DNA of 64,000 nt from a bacterium (GCA_037127795.1 JBAXXQ010000001.1:252274-316273), one strand, 5' to 3'. Counted from the first letter of the stretch, positions 46,096 through 57,859 are shown. Notes: generated by a model not told the origin, from the letters alone. Numbers and translations: made by a program.

Positions 46096-46560
46096 ATGAA
46101 AAAAGTTTTTGTAGTATTATCTATAATATCTTGGATAGTGCTCTCTTTTACAGTTTTTAGTTATTTAAATGTAAGAGATACTATTAAAGATAGTTATCGT
46201 TTGCAAGATTCTTTTGTCAAAAGAGTATCTGAAATAAATGATTACTATGATACTCATAAAGTTTACCCAAAAGATGAAGATATCTTTGTTCTTAGTGAAA
46301 AAGAATCTAATAAAGAAAAACTAAATAATTTTATACCAAAAAATACTGATAAATATGTTTTAATTTTTCAAAGAGGCCATTATGATGTATGGTATGAATA
46401 TTACGCATATCCATCAGGTATCACCTCCTTGTCTTTTAATATAAAAGATTATATTAGTTTTTATTATTGGACACTTCCGCTTTTAATATTCACATTATTG
46501 AGTTTTTTAGGTTGGTACATTTTTTCAAAAAAAGAAAAAGATAATTATCTTCAAAAATAA
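46096..46560 (+). CDS. Hypothetical membrane protein (N- and C-terminal TM helices)
   Basis: ORF track; 4 nt after the trmH stop. Confidence 0.4.
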   Translation: MKKVFVVLSIISWIVLSFTVFSYLNVRDTIKDSYRLQDSFVKRVSEINDYYDTHKVYPKDEDIFVLSEKESNKEKLNNFIPKNTDKYVLIFQRGHYDVWYEYYAYPSGITSLSFNIKDYISFYYWTLPLLIFTLLSFLGWYIFSKKEKDNYLQK

Positions 46561-46696
46561 TCACATCTAAAACACGAAAATTTTCTGCTGAGAATTTTCT
46601 TTGTTCTGCGCCAGTCGCGCCATACAAAGTTTTATATATGAATATTTTTTCCGATATAAAATAAATAAAGCCGCTCATATAGAGCGGGCATATTAC

Positions 46697-47083
46697 TTAT
46701 CCAAGATTCATCCATAAGATTTCATCTTGATAAGTTATTATTTCATAATCTAGATTATCAAAACTTATAAAAAAGTTTCTTCCAGGTATTATGTTTTCAA
46801 TCCTAGGTATATCAGCATCAATTTCGCGAGCTGTTTCTATAACTGAGATTACATCATTATCCAATCTAAAATTGAATTTTTTTTCAAGCGTAAAGATAAG
46901 ATTTTCTTTGCTTTCTGGAGATAAGTTATCCCAATTTGCTAATAAATTTAAAACTCGATTACAAAAAGATTCGTGTTCGTTTTGTAAAATTTTTTTCTCT
47001 AATAGCATCTTAAGACAATCTGTTCTTTTCATAAAGAAATCTAAAATTGAATAATCTCTAAGAAAAAGTACTATCTTTCTCAT
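46697..47083 (-). CDS. Hypothetical protein driven by the repeated promoter module
   Basis: ORF track; promoter repeat 43 nt upstream. Confidence 0.4.
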   Translation of the reverse strand: MRKIVLFLRDYSILDFFMKRTDCLKMLLEKKILQNEHESFCNRVLNLLANWDNLSPESKENLIFTLEKKFNFRLDNDVISVIETAREIDADIPRIENIIPGRNFFISFDNLDYEIITYQDEILWMNLG

Positions 47084-47125
47084 TTGTTTTTTATTTTTTT
47101 TGTTAAGAAATATTTAATTATATAT

Positions 47126-47156
47126 TAGCATATTTATATATAAAAGTCAAGTATCT
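47126..47156 (-). promoter_or_regulatory. Copy 2 of the 31 nt repeated promoter module (minus strand TTGACT-17-TGcTAATAT)
   Basis: Identical 31-mer to 33032-33062. Confidence 0.55.
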
Positions 47157-47203
47157 ATGATATACATCTTTATTTATGGGCTTTTTTCTGCTATTATCAT
47201 TGT

Positions 47204-48523
47204 ATGGAAAATACTCAAAAGGTAGTTACAAGATTTGCCCCAAGTCCAACAGGGAATTTGCACTCAGGTTCATATAGAACCGCTATTTTTTCATATTTAT
47301 TTGCAAAAAAGCACAATGGGGAATTTATTTTACGTATAGAAGATACAGACAAAGAACGCTCAAAAAAAGAATTTGAAGACAATATTTTGGACAGTCTACA
47401 ATGGCTCGGTATTTCGTATGATAGCTTTTATCGCCAAAGCGAACACATTGCTCGCCACCAACAAGTACTCGCACAGCTTATTGCAGATGGCCATGCATAT
47501 ATTTCAAAAGAAGAGGCAAAAGATGGTAGTGGAGTAATCAAAGAAATCGTCCGTTTCAAAAATCCTGGCACTGATATAAGCTTCCAAGATGAGATCAAAG
47601 GTACAGTGACTATGCACACTGGTGACCTTGGAGATTTTGTTATTGCAAAAAGTGCAACAGAGCCGCTCTTTCACCTTGCAGTAGTGGTAGACGATTTTGA
47701 TGAAGGGGTGACGCATGTAATCCGTGGAGAAGACCATGTATCAAATACACCGCGCCAGATACTCATCCAGCGCGCAATCGGTGCTCCTACGCCTATATAT
47801 GCCCATATACCACTTGTACTCGGGCTCGATAAGCAAAAGCTCTCAAAGCGCAAAGGGGCCCTCGCTATGACCGAATATAGAGATCTTGGGTATTTGCCAG
47901 TGGCACTTTTGAATATGGTTTCTATGGTGGGGTGGAACCCAGGGACACCACAAGAACTTTTTGACAAAGTTGCGCTTATTGCAGAGTTTGATCTCGCAAA
48001 AGTGCAAAAGTCTCCTGCAGTATTCAATCCAGAAAAGCTTGATTGGTTCAATCGTGAATATATCAAACAACTTTCTTCTGTTGAATTTTGGAACTATGCA
48101 GAAAAATATATTGCACAAGATATAAAACTCGAAACTCTTTTGCGTGAGCGAATTACAAAATTTAGTGATATCAAGACTATGGTAGATAGTGGGGAATTGT
48201 CTTGGTTTTTTGCTGAGCCTGATATGAAGCTCGAAAATATTGTATGGAAAAATCTCAAAAATGATACAGAAGGTATTACAAAAACAAAAAAATATATTGC
48301 GACAGTAGTAGAAAATTTGGAAGTAGTACCAGAAGCTAATTGGAATAAAGATAGTATAAAAAGTGCTATATGGGATTTCGTAGAAGCGACAGGAAAAGGT
48401 GATGTGCTCTGGCCTATGCGACTTACGCTCTCAGGGCTCGATCGTTCTCCAGATCCATTTGAGCTTGCAGAAATTCTCGGTAAAGAAAAAACTATTGCAC
48501 GATTGCAAAAGGTTATTTCGTAA
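47204..48523 (+). CDS. gltX: Glutamyl-tRNA synthetase (short form)
   Basis: VVTRFAPSPTGNLHSGSYRTAIF (HIGH-like) and KLSKRKG (KMSKS). Confidence 0.85.
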   Translation: MENTQKVVTRFAPSPTGNLHSGSYRTAIFSYLFAKKHNGEFILRIEDTDKERSKKEFEDNILDSLQWLGISYDSFYRQSEHIARHQQVLAQLIADGHAYISKEEAKDGSGVIKEIVRFKNPGTDISFQDEIKGTVTMHTGDLGDFVIAKSATEPLFHLAVVVDDFDEGVTHVIRGEDHVSNTPRQILIQRAIGAPTPIYAHIPLVLGLDKQKLSKRKGALAMTEYRDLGYLPVALLNMVSMVGWNPGTPQELFDKVALIAEFDLAKVQKSPAVFNPEKLDWFNREYIKQLSSVEFWNYAEKYIAQDIKLETLLRERITKFSDIKTMVDSGELSWFFAEPDMKLENIVWKNLKNDTEGITKTKKYIATVVENLEVVPEANWNKDSIKSAIWDFVEATGKGDVLWPMRLTLSGLDRSPDPFELAEILGKEKTIARLQKVIS

Positions 48524-48532
48524 TATTTGTAT

Positions 48533-50608
48533 ATGAAAAAGCAAAACGTATTTGAATTAAAAAGCGACTATAGTCCGGCTGGCGATCAACCCGAGGCTAT
48601 CAAGCAATTGAGTAAAGGACTCGATGATAATTTGCAATTGCAAACTTTGCTTGGTGCGACTGCGACTGGAAAAACTTTTACCATGGCAAATATCATTGCC
48701 GAAAAACAAAAGCCGACACTTATTATTGCGCACAACAAAACACTTGCCGCTCAGCTCGCACAAGAGTTTAAAGTATTTTTCCCTAATAATGCCGTGCACT
48801 ATTTCGTATCGTATTACGATTACTACCAGCCAGAAGCGTACATGCCGACGACTGATACATTTATCGAAAAAGATGCACAGATAAACAAAGAAATAGATAG
48901 ACTTCGCCATGCGACTACACAATCACTCCTCACTCGCAATGATTGTATTATTGTCGCGTCTGTATCTTGTATTTATGGATTGGGTTCTCCCAAGGAATAT
49001 GAAAAAGTAAATTTGCACTTGAGTTTGAATACAAAAATTACTCGTACTGAGCTTATGCAAAAGCTGGTAAGTATTCATTTTACACGGACCAATGCAGACC
49101 TTAGTCCAGGGCAATTTCGTGCATTAGGAAATAAGGTAGAGATCATGCCGGTGTCTGAAGCGGTGACATATAGTATCGATCTCGGTGTACAAGGCATACA
49201 AAAAATTCTTAAAATAGATCCTGTAACATCTCGTATTATCCAAGAAGAAGGTGATATTTTTGTCTTCCCAGCAAAACACTTTATAACCAATGAGGCTGAA
49301 AAAGATAAGGCTATAAAAGCTATAAAAAGTGAGCTCGACGCACAATTGAAACATTTTGAAAAAGAAGGGAAGCTTCTCGAAGCGGAGCGTATCAAACGCC
49401 GTACCACATACGACCTCGCTATGATAAAAGAAATGGGGTACTGCTCAGGTATAGAAAACTACTCTCGTCATATGTCTGGCAAAAATGCAGGAGAACCACC
49501 AGAGACATTGCTTTCATATTTTCCACACGACAAAAACGGAAATCCTGAATTCTTGCTTTTTATTGACGAAAGTCATGTGACATTACCGCAACTACAAGGT
49601 ATGTATGCAGGGGATGCATCTCGCAAATCTACATTGGTGGAATTCGGCTTTAGACTACCGAGTGCAAAAGATAATCGCCCACTCAAATTTGAAGAATTTA
49701 AAGAACGGATTGGGCAAACTATTTTTGTATCTGCAACACCGGGAAAATATGAAGCAGAGCATGCAGAGCAAGTGGTAGAGCAAATCATCCGTCCGACAGG
49801 ACTCGTTGATCCAGTGGTAGAGATTCGTCCTATTCTTGAAGATGGTCCATATCTCGGTCAGGTGTATGATTTTATTGCAGAAGCAGAAAAAGAAATTGCA
49901 AAAGGAGGGCGAGTACTCGCAACAACACTCACAAAAAAAATGGCAGAAGATCTTGCAAGTTTTTTGAAAGAGAAAAAAATAAAATCAGAATATTTGCACA
50001 GTGATATCAAAACCATTGAGCGTATTCAAATTATTACCAAATTCCGTAAAGGAGAATTTGATATTTTGGTTGGGGTGAACTTGCTTCGAGAAGGGCTTGA
50101 TATGCCAGAAGTTTCGCTTATTGGTATTTTGGATGCAGACAAAGAAGGCTTTTTGCGCAGTGAAGTATCACTTATTCAGACTATTGGGCGTGCTGCGAGA
50201 AATGCCGATGGGCGCGTTATACTCTACGCAGATCGCATTACAGGCTCAATGGAGCGTGCTATAGGGGAGACTAGTCGTCGTCGCGAAAAACAACTCGCGT
50301 ACAACAAAAAGCACGGTATTACCCCAATGACTATCAAGAAGAAAATCCATGACATTATGGAAGGTATGGAAAGCGATCATGCTCGCGCGGTCAATGCTGA
50401 GCTCGCGCTTGATATGGCGCTCTTTGCTGCAGCTATGGAGCCATCAAAAGGTAAAAGCGGGAGAGGAAAAAAGAATCCTATAGAAAAGCTCATCAAGCTC
50501 AAAGAAGATGAAATGAAAGAATCGGTAAAACTTCTCGATTTTGAAACCGCTGCAATCCTCCGCGATGAAATAAAAGTCTTGAAAGAAAAAACGTATATTA
50601 CGGAATAA
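48533..50608 (+). CDS. uvrB: Excinuclease ABC subunit B
   Basis: Near-colinear match to E. coli UvrB (GDQPEAI, LLGATATGKTFT, YYDYYQPEAY, DESHVT, C-terminal UVR domain). Confidence 0.9.
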   Translation: MKKQNVFELKSDYSPAGDQPEAIKQLSKGLDDNLQLQTLLGATATGKTFTMANIIAEKQKPTLIIAHNKTLAAQLAQEFKVFFPNNAVHYFVSYYDYYQPEAYMPTTDTFIEKDAQINKEIDRLRHATTQSLLTRNDCIIVASVSCIYGLGSPKEYEKVNLHLSLNTKITRTELMQKLVSIHFTRTNADLSPGQFRALGNKVEIMPVSEAVTYSIDLGVQGIQKILKIDPVTSRIIQEEGDIFVFPAKHFITNEAEKDKAIKAIKSELDAQLKHFEKEGKLLEAERIKRRTTYDLAMIKEMGYCSGIENYSRHMSGKNAGEPPETLLSYFPHDKNGNPEFLLFIDESHVTLPQLQGMYAGDASRKSTLVEFGFRLPSAKDNRPLKFEEFKERIGQTIFVSATPGKYEAEHAEQVVEQIIRPTGLVDPVVEIRPILEDGPYLGQVYDFIAEAEKEIAKGGRVLATTLTKKMAEDLASFLKEKKIKSEYLHSDIKTIERIQIITKFRKGEFDILVGVNLLREGLDMPEVSLIGILDADKEGFLRSEVSLIQTIGRAARNADGRVILYADRITGSMERAIGETSRRREKQLAYNKKHGITPMTIKKKIHDIMEGMESDHARAVNAELALDMALFAAAMEPSKGKSGRGKKNPIEKLIKLKEDEMKESVKLLDFETAAILRDEIKVLKEKTYITE

Positions 50609-52102
50609 TTATTCCACGTGTACGGTTACGTTTGTTTTTTCATTTTTTACTTTAATAAAGAATGCGAGAAAACCTCCAATACATACCACAATACTTGATA
50701 TAAGAAATACGTTTGAGTATGCGTCTACTTGTGCCTTGAGTGTTATGAGTGCGATATATTTTTGTATATCTATAAGTGCGTGGCTGTGTAGTGTACTAAA
50801 GCGATTTATTTTGATTACATAGTTTTCTGTTGAGTTGGTAAGTATGGTACCAAATATTGCAATACCAAAAGCTCCTGCAATATTTCGTGCGAGAGAGAGG
50901 ATCGATGATGCAATACCAATCTCGTGTGGATCGACAACAGATGCAATGATATTGGTACGTTGTGCCATACCGAGCCCAAGTCCAAATGCCATAACACATA
51001 GAGGGATTATGATATCAAGCGCAGTAGATCGTGGGTCTATTCTTGCAAACAAAAGCAATCCCAATGCTGCAATAAATGTACTAATAGCAATGATATAGCG
51101 AGATTCTACTTTGCCGGTGAAGCTCCCACCGATAGGAGATGCAAGTACCATCATAAATGCCATCGGCATAAATAAATACCCAGATTCTGTTGCGGTGTAG
51201 CCGAGGAATGTTTGTGCAAAAATAGGTAATAAGAAAATACTTCCCATCATACCCATGAAGACGATAAAGTTGTTTATGAGTGTATGTACAAAAGCTGGTA
51301 TTTTGAAAAACTTCAAATCAACAATCGGCTCTGGTACCTTCTTTTCTATTTCGATAAATATTTTTGTAAATACAACAATGACTACATAACAAATAATACT
51401 GCTCAATGATAGCCAGCCCCAATCGGTCCCTTTATCCAAAACCAATACCAATGCAGACAGTGCGCTACCGAGTGTGATAGCTCCCCACCAGTCAAAGAAA
51501 TTTGAAACTTTTTCAGAGCGAGATTCATTGATGAATCGCATCGCCATAAGAAGCCCAATAATACCTACGGGTAGATTTATCAAAAAGACTGAACGCCAAC
51601 CGAAGTTGTCGATAAGTGGTCCACCAAGTAGTGGGCCGAATACACTTGCTGCAGCAAATGCAGAAGACCAAATACCGAGTGCTTGTGCGCGCTCTTTACC
51701 TTCTTTAAATGTCACCGCAAGAATTGCCATAGCGGTAGGGTAGTCGGCAGATCCTGCAATTGCTTGTATCACACGAAATACAATCATAGAAGAAAGATTC
51801 CATGAAAGTCCTGCAAGTACTGATCCAAAAATGAATATAGTAAAGCCAAGTATGTACACCTTTTTTCTTCCTATAGTATCGCCAAGCTTACCCCAAATAG
51901 GGACAAATATTGCATTAGCAAGAATATATGCCGTCGCAATCCATCCCGCAGAAGATGTGGTGATATTGAAGTCGTTGATAATCTTTGGTAGGGCAAGGTT
52001 TACAATAGTTTGATCGAGGCGCCCCAAAAAGGTACCCACAATAACAGTGAGCAATATCCACCAGCGGAGGGTATTTTTCTTTTCAGGCTTTTCTTCGGGC
52101 AT
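50609..52102 (-). CDS. MFS transporter, DHA2 (EmrB/QacA-like, 14 TM)
   Basis: 14 predicted helices; GRLDQTIVNLALP and GKLGDTIGRKK motifs. Confidence 0.75.
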   Translation of the reverse strand: MPEEKPEKKNTLRWWILLTVIVGTFLGRLDQTIVNLALPKIINDFNITTSSAGWIATAYILANAIFVPIWGKLGDTIGRKKVYILGFTIFIFGSVLAGLSWNLSSMIVFRVIQAIAGSADYPTAMAILAVTFKEGKERAQALGIWSSAFAAASVFGPLLGGPLIDNFGWRSVFLINLPVGIIGLLMAMRFINESRSEKVSNFFDWWGAITLGSALSALVLVLDKGTDWGWLSLSSIICYVVIVVFTKIFIEIEKKVPEPIVDLKFFKIPAFVHTLINNFIVFMGMMGSIFLLPIFAQTFLGYTATESGYLFMPMAFMMVLASPIGGSFTGKVESRYIIAISTFIAALGLLLFARIDPRSTALDIIIPLCVMAFGLGLGMAQRTNIIASVVDPHEIGIASSILSLARNIAGAFGIAIFGTILTNSTENYVIKINRFSTLHSHALIDIQKYIALITLKAQVDAYSNVFLISSIVVCIGGFLAFFIKVKNEKTNVTVHVE

Positions 52103-52104
52103 GA

Positions 52105-52752
52105 TTATTTATTTGGATAAATGGTAATTTTTGCAGACATACCATTTTTGATTTCTGGGTATGCAGTAGTGTCAAAGCGCACTTTTATATCGAATTTTTT
52201 TGTAGGACGTTTGTCTGAAATAGAGAAGGTGATAGTAGTATCGTCTGATGTTTGACTCACACTATCGACAGTTCCTTGATATGTTTTTGAGCCGAATGCG
52301 TCAATAGTAAAGCTTGCTGTTTGTCCTGGGGTAATATCTTTGAGTCCTTTGTTTTCTTCTATTTGCCCTACAACTTCGAGATCTTCAGGGTGTATCATAG
52401 ATACTACAGTTTGTCCTGGGTTGTACAGTGCACCAAGAGTGTTTTGAATACTTACTACGGTACCAGATACTTTTGAAGAAACGATAGTACTTCCTACGAG
52501 TGCTACAGGAGTGTTTGCTTCTATGTGGCCACCTTCTTGTACATATACTGCGTTGAGGATACCAGCACTTGGTGCAGAGAGATTTATAATAGGTGCTTGT
52601 ACTTGAGAATTTTCTATTGAAATAGTATTTGCTTGCAATTCCCAAGCGATAAATACAATTACCAAAACTATTGCGCCGACAAGTCCACTAAGACTTTGTA
52701 CCCAAGGTTTTTTAAATACACTTTCTTTTTTTGTTATTTTTTCTTGTTCCAT
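52105..52752 (-). CDS. HlyD-family periplasmic adaptor, short paralog without coiled coil
   Basis: N-terminal TM, biotinyl-lipoyl-like and beta-barrel segments. Confidence 0.5.
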   Translation of the reverse strand: MEQEKITKKESVFKKPWVQSLSGLVGAIVLVIVFIAWELQANTISIENSQVQAPIINLSAPSAGILNAVYVQEGGHIEANTPVALVGSTIVSSKVSGTVVSIQNTLGALYNPGQTVVSMIHPEDLEVVGQIEENKGLKDITPGQTASFTIDAFGSKTYQGTVDSVSQTSDDTTITFSISDKRPTKKFDIKVRFDTTAYPEIKNGMSAKITIYPNK

Positions 52753-52756
52753 AAAA

Positions 52757-54013
52757 TTATTGTAATACTGCTACTTTATCATTTTGAGAAAGTCCCGATA
52801 CGACTTCTACATGGTCTTGGTCGGTAATACCGATAGTTATTTCTTTTTGGACATTGGTATTGCCTTGGTGTACTACTGCATATGTTTTTCCATTTTTATA
52901 AATGACACTTGTTTTTGGAATAAGTAAAACATTATCTTTAGTAGTTGTTTGTGCGAGCATAGTAATAGCCGCAGAATTTGGTGTAATGATTTGTCCAGGA
53001 TTTATTGCAACACTATGTATAACACCATCATTTGGTGCGGTGATTATAGTATTGTTGTAATTTGCTTGTGCGATTTGTACTGCACCGAATGCGCTTTCTA
53101 CTTGTGCTTTTGCAGTTGCAACATCTTCTGGGCGAGCGGCAGTTTGGAGATTTATAAGTGCTGCATTTGCTTGATCAAGTCCTGCTTGTGCAAGTGCTAA
53201 TACTTGGTCTTTTGTTTGTAATGCTGTTTGGTATGCATTGTAGTTTGCAGTGTAGTTTACAGAATTTTTATTTGGAATATGAATAACCCAATTTGGTTGA
53301 CTTTGTTTTGTACTAAAAGTAATGAACAATCCAGTATCTGCAATTGGTTGGGGAACAGTAGTACTCATAGTGCCTGTGTAGTTGTCGAGCATCCCTGATG
53401 CATTGAAATATCCATTATCTCCTCCTGGATATGCTTGGATTATGATGTCTCCTTGTTGGGTTTTTGTATAACTACCAGAAAGTGTTGGTGCTTGCACAGT
53501 AGTATCGTTTGAGGTGGTTGTTATTTCGAGTCCACTACTAAGCAATTTTGAATATGCATTTGCTACAGCGATAGTTTGTTGTTTAGTCGCTTGGTCGAGA
53601 TTTACTTGTGCTGTTTTTACTGCAGCTTTTGCAACATCAATTGCAGAGCTTGTCGCACCATTGAGTACTTTTTGATAATTTGCTTGTGCAAGCGCATATG
53701 CAGCTTTTGCTTGGTTTATAGAGCCTTGTGCTGTGCCATTGTCGAGCGTTGCAAGTACTTGCCCTGTTTTGACTGAGTCGCCATTGTGTACAAGGACTGA
53801 TTGAATTTTTCCTCCAGAGACAAAAGCAAGTGTAAGGTTTTTGTTTGCTATGTCTGTTTGTGTTATTGAGCCAAGTGTTACAGGAACAAAACTATATACT
53901 TTTTTGGTATGAATCATTTTGTAGCTAATACCACTTACGATAATTGCAATACCAAAAAATATTGATATAGCGAGTTTTGGTTTATTGAAAAATGTAATAA
54001 TGTGTTTTTTCAT
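52757..54013 (-). CDS. HlyD/EmrA-family efflux membrane fusion protein with long coiled coil
   Basis: N-terminal TM; Q/A/L-rich coiled coil; C-terminal beta domain. Confidence 0.65.
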   Translation of the reverse strand: MKKHIITFFNKPKLAISIFFGIAIIVSGISYKMIHTKKVYSFVPVTLGSITQTDIANKNLTLAFVSGGKIQSVLVHNGDSVKTGQVLATLDNGTAQGSINQAKAAYALAQANYQKVLNGATSSAIDVAKAAVKTAQVNLDQATKQQTIAVANAYSKLLSSGLEITTTSNDTTVQAPTLSGSYTKTQQGDIIIQAYPGGDNGYFNASGMLDNYTGTMSTTVPQPIADTGLFITFSTKQSQPNWVIHIPNKNSVNYTANYNAYQTALQTKDQVLALAQAGLDQANAALINLQTAARPEDVATAKAQVESAFGAVQIAQANYNNTIITAPNDGVIHSVAINPGQIITPNSAAITMLAQTTTKDNVLLIPKTSVIYKNGKTYAVVHQGNTNVQKEITIGITDQDHVEVVSGLSQNDKVAVLQ

Positions 54014-54014
54014 A

Positions 54015-54431
54015 TTATTTTGCGGTTATTTTTTTTAATACAGTTATAAAATATTCTTTTTCTGAAATGGTTATTTTTGAAAACATTTTTTTGAAAAGAG
54101 AATGTTTTTTATTGGTAAGGTTTTTTACAATAAGAGAAGATTTGGGGGTGAGGGTGATATGTACTGTTCGTCTATCTGCTGGATCATATTGTCGTTTGAC
54201 CAATCCTTTTTTGATCATCGGAGTTATGATTGCGGTCACCGATGGTGGAGTTATCTGGAGTAGGGAAGCGATTTCTTTCATAGTCGGGTTTTTCTTTTCC
54301 GATACTATATGCAGGATTTCCCATTGTGCCATGGTGCAATCGATTTTTTTGGTTTGATCGCGCATCGTTTCTATGATCGCTCGCTTGAAATTAATCAGTG
54401 CGTTTTCTAGCTCTATGTCTATATGGTCCAT
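54015..54431 (-). CDS. MarR-family transcriptional regulator
   Basis: Winged HTH (AQWEILHIVSEKKNPTMKEIASLLQITPPSVTAII...GLVKRQYDPADRR). Confidence 0.7.
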   Translation of the reverse strand: MDHIDIELENALINFKRAIIETMRDQTKKIDCTMAQWEILHIVSEKKNPTMKEIASLLQITPPSVTAIITPMIKKGLVKRQYDPADRRTVHITLTPKSSLIVKNLTNKKHSLFKKMFSKITISEKEYFITVLKKITAK

Positions 54432-54519
54432 ATACTTAGCTTGTCTAATTATTATATAATCTAAATATATACGTACGAGAATAAAAAGTCAAACACAGAC
54501 CCTTTCAATATATGCATTT

Positions 54520-57210
54520 TTGTGCTATAAAGCATGGATGCCAACTCCTAAAAAGATCGAAAATATTCGTCCATTACCAGACAAAAAAGCACACGATAGT
54601 ATCGTGGTAAAAGGTGCGCGAACACACAATCTCAAGAATATTTCAGTAGAAATGCCTCGAGGTAAAATGATTGCAATCACTGGGCTTTCTGGAAGTGGAA
54701 AATCTTCTCTCGCATTTGATACTATATTTGCAGAAGGACAACGTCGCTATGTCGAAAGTCTTTCTTCATATGCACGACAATTTTTGAATCAAATGCCCAA
54801 GCCTGATGTAGATGAAATCACCGGACTTTCTCCTGCGATCTCTATTGATCAAAAATCTCGTTCAAATAATCCTCGTTCGACTGTGGCGACTATTACAGAA
54901 ATATATGACTATCTTCGTGTATTGTATGCGCGTGTTGGTAAAGCATACTGTCCTGTCTGCGGTACGGTGATTCAAAAGCTTTCTCTTGAAGAAATCAACA
55001 ATTTTATCATTGCAAAAATAAAAGAAATTGCAAAAGAAAAATCTGGTACAAAAAAGAAAGTAATGGATGTAGAGTGGAATGATACTCGTATACAAATCTA
55101 TGCACCGATTGTGCGTGGAAGAAAGGGTGAATATTATCAGCTTCTATATGATTTGCTTGGAAAAGGGTTTAGTACTGTCCGCATAGATGGCAAAATATTT
55201 AGTTTGCGTGAGAAAATAGAGCTCCACAAAACAACCAATCATAATATTGAAGTATTGGTAGATGAGCTCGCTGTGCATGAGTTTAAAGATAATCCTCGTG
55301 ATGCAGAATTGCGACTTTTTGAAGCAGTAGAGCGTGCAACGCTTGAAAGTAGTGGCTTGGTGCAAATTGTTTTTGGTGTATCAGAAGATTTTGAAATGCA
55401 GACACAAGTGCAATCAGAATTTCTTTTGTCATCAAAGTTTTCTTGTCCAAATGATGGATTCTCTTTCCCAGAAATTGAACCACGCCTTTTTTCTTTCAAT
55501 AGTCCATATGGCGCATGTCCGGATTGTAATGGTATAGGATCAAAGTTTTTTGGTGGTACAGAGCCATGTGATACCTGTCATGGTAAGCGCCTTCGCCCAG
55601 AAGCATTGCATGTATTTTTGGAAGCCATAATTAAAAAAGAAATAAAAAAAATAAACGTTGTAGAACTCACAGCTCTTTCTATCGAAGAAGCATTTGAATT
55701 TTTTGCTTCAATAAAACTTTCTCCAAAAGATGCAGAAGTTGCAAAAGCGGTAATTAAAGAAATTGAAGATAGACTCATATTCTTGCTCAATGTAGGTCTT
55801 GAATATCTCACACTCGATCGTACCGCAAATACACTCTCTGGTGGGGAGAGTCAACGTATTCGTCTCGCAAGTCAGCTTGGAAGTCGTTTGGTAGGTGCTT
55901 TGTATGTGCTCGATGAGCCGACTATCGGGCTTCACCAGCGCGACAATGAACGCTTGATTCAAACATTGCTTGATTTGCGTAATGCAGGCAATACTATCCT
56001 CGTGGTAGAGCATGATGAAGATACTATTTTTGCTTCAGACTTTTTGGTGGATATTGGGCCAGGAGCTGGTATACACGGGGGAAATGTTATTGTTGCAGAT
56101 TATCTCGACACATTACTTAAAGCAAAGAAAAATGATTCAGGAAGTCGGACACTTGCATATCTTCGTCATGAAGATGAAATTGCAATTCCTGAAAAACGCC
56201 GCGATCAAGACAAAGGCACTCTTCGTATCACTGGTGCGAGTCTGCACAATATCAATAATCAAAATATAGAAATTCCGCTTGGAAAAATGGTTGCAATTAC
56301 TGGGGTATCTGGTAGTGGTAAGAGTACGTTTTTGTATGATATTTTGTATAAAAATTTGCAAGCACGTTTTGAACGTAAATTGCGTAGTGCACAAATATAT
56401 AATTGTGCCTCATTTACTGGTACAGAATATCTTGCTCGCGCAATCATGATCGACCAAAGTCCTATTGGGCGTACTCCCCGTTCAAACATTGCGACATATA
56501 CTGGAGCATTTAGTCATATTCGAGAAATTTTTGCCGCAACAGAAGAAGCACGACTTCGCGGGTGGAAGATAAATAGATTTTCATTCAATGTAAAAGGTGG
56601 TCGTTGTGAAGCCTGTGAAGGTAATGGTGAAATAGCTGTAGAGATGCACTTCTTGCCGACTGTGTATGTGACCTGTGATGTATGTAATGGAAAGCGTTTT
56701 GATAAAGAAACACTCACCGTAAAATATAAAAAGAAAAGTATATATGATGTATTGCAATTGTCTGTAGAAGAAGCACTTGCATTCTTTGGAGATATTCCCG
56801 CATTGTATGATCGATTGAAAACACTTTCTGATGTAGGTCTTGGGTATGTAAAATTGGGACAAAGTGCAACAACACTTTCTGGGGGAGAAGCACAACGTGT
56901 CAAAATTGCCTCAGAACTTTTCCGTCCATATTTAGAAAAGACTATGTACTTGCTCGATGAGCCGACAGTAGGGCTTCATTATGATGATGTAAAAAATCTT
57001 ATTGGTGTACTCAATCGTCTTGTTGCAAAAGGGAATACGGTAGTAGTGATTGAGCACAACCTTGACCTTATCAAGTGTGCAGACTATCTGGTAGATTTTG
57101 GTCCAGAAGGAGGTATAAATGGTGGAAAGATTATTGCTCGTGGTACCCCCGAAGAAGTCGCAAATAACAAACACTCACACACCGGACACTATCTCAAAAA
57201 GATTTTGTAA
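54520..57210 (+). CDS. uvrA: Excinuclease ABC subunit A (compact 896 aa form)
   Basis: Two ABC modules ([15 protein letters not shown]; [10 protein letters not shown]), Zn-finger CxxC pairs, LSGGE signatures. Confidence 0.9.
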   Translation: MCYKAWMPTPKKIENIRPLPDKKAHDSIVVKGARTHNLKNISVEMPRGKMIAITGLSGSGKSSLAFDTIFAEGQRRYVESLSSYARQFLNQMPKPDVDEITGLSPAISIDQKSRSNNPRSTVATITEIYDYLRVLYARVGKAYCPVCGTVIQKLSLEEINNFIIAKIKEIAKEKSGTKKKVMDVEWNDTRIQIYAPIVRGRKGEYYQLLYDLLGKGFSTVRIDGKIFSLREKIELHKTTNHNIEVLVDELAVHEFKDNPRDAELRLFEAVERATLESSGLVQIVFGVSEDFEMQTQVQSEFLLSSKFSCPNDGFSFPEIEPRLFSFNSPYGACPDCNGIGSKFFGGTEPCDTCHGKRLRPEALHVFLEAIIKKEIKKINVVELTALSIEEAFEFFASIKLSPKDAEVAKAVIKEIEDRLIFLLNVGLEYLTLDRTANTLSGGESQRIRLASQLGSRLVGALYVLDEPTIGLHQRDNERLIQTLLDLRNAGNTILVVEHDEDTIFASDFLVDIGPGAGIHGGNVIVADYLDTLLKAKKNDSGSRTLAYLRHEDEIAIPEKRRDQDKGTLRITGASLHNINNQNIEIPLGKMVAITGVSGSGKSTFLYDILYKNLQARFERKLRSAQIYNCASFTGTEYLARAIMIDQSPIGRTPRSNIATYTGAFSHIREIFAATEEARLRGWKINRFSFNVKGGRCEACEGNGEIAVEMHFLPTVYVTCDVCNGKRFDKETLTVKYKKKSIYDVLQLSVEEALAFFGDIPALYDRLKTLSDVGLGYVKLGQSATTLSGGEAQRVKIASELFRPYLEKTMYLLDEPTVGLHYDDVKNLIGVLNRLVAKGNTVVVIEHNLDLIKCADYLVDFGPEGGINGGKIIARGTPEEVANNKHSHTGHYLKKIL

Positions 57211-57211
57211 A

Positions 57212-57859
57212 ATGACTAATAAACAATTAGAAAAAGCTAAAGAGGTATGGAAGTTGATTGGTCCAGTGCTTTTGAAAAAGTATAAAAGAGATAAAAATTT
57301 TTTGGATTATACTAATCCTTTTGAGTTACTTATTGCGGTAATACTTTCTGCGCAAACAACAGATGAAGGGGTAAATAAAATCACCCCTATGCTTTTTGCA
57401 AAATATGGGACGCCTGAGAAAATGGCAAAAGCAAAAATAGAAGATTTACAAATGCTTGTGCAAAAAGTAAATTACAATCGCGTGAAGGCGGGGTATATAC
57501 AAAAGACCGCCAAAACTCTCTCCGAGAGTTTTGGCGGCAAAGTCCCGCTCGATGTAGAACAATTGCAAACTCTCTCTGGTGTCGGCCGCAAAACAGCGAT
57601 AGCAGTCATGACCAATCTTTCAGATACGCCCTATGGAATCCCTGTAGATACGCATGTGCTTCGTTTTGTAAAACGGTTTAATCTCACAAAAAACACTGAC
57701 CCAAATAAAGTAGAGCAAGATTTACTACAAATAATTCCCAAAAAAGATTGGAAACGCGCCGGCTATGCAACAAAGGAATATGGAAGAAAAGAGGGGAAAG
57801 CAAGACCGTATAAACCAGAACTTGATCCATTGATGGATGTGTATAAAAAAATGCGATAG
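57212..57859 (+). CDS. HhH-GPD DNA glycosylase of the endonuclease III type, without [4Fe-4S] cysteine cluster
   Basis: HhH motif LQTLSGVGRKTAIAVM plus catalytic Asp region; no C-terminal Cys-x6-Cys-x2-Cys-x5-Cys. Confidence 0.6.
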   Translation: MTNKQLEKAKEVWKLIGPVLLKKYKRDKNFLDYTNPFELLIAVILSAQTTDEGVNKITPMLFAKYGTPEKMAKAKIEDLQMLVQKVNYNRVKAGYIQKTAKTLSESFGGKVPLDVEQLQTLSGVGRKTAIAVMTNLSDTPYGIPVDTHVLRFVKRFNLTKNTDPNKVEQDLLQIIPKKDWKRAGYATKEYGRKEGKARPYKPELDPLMDVYKKMR

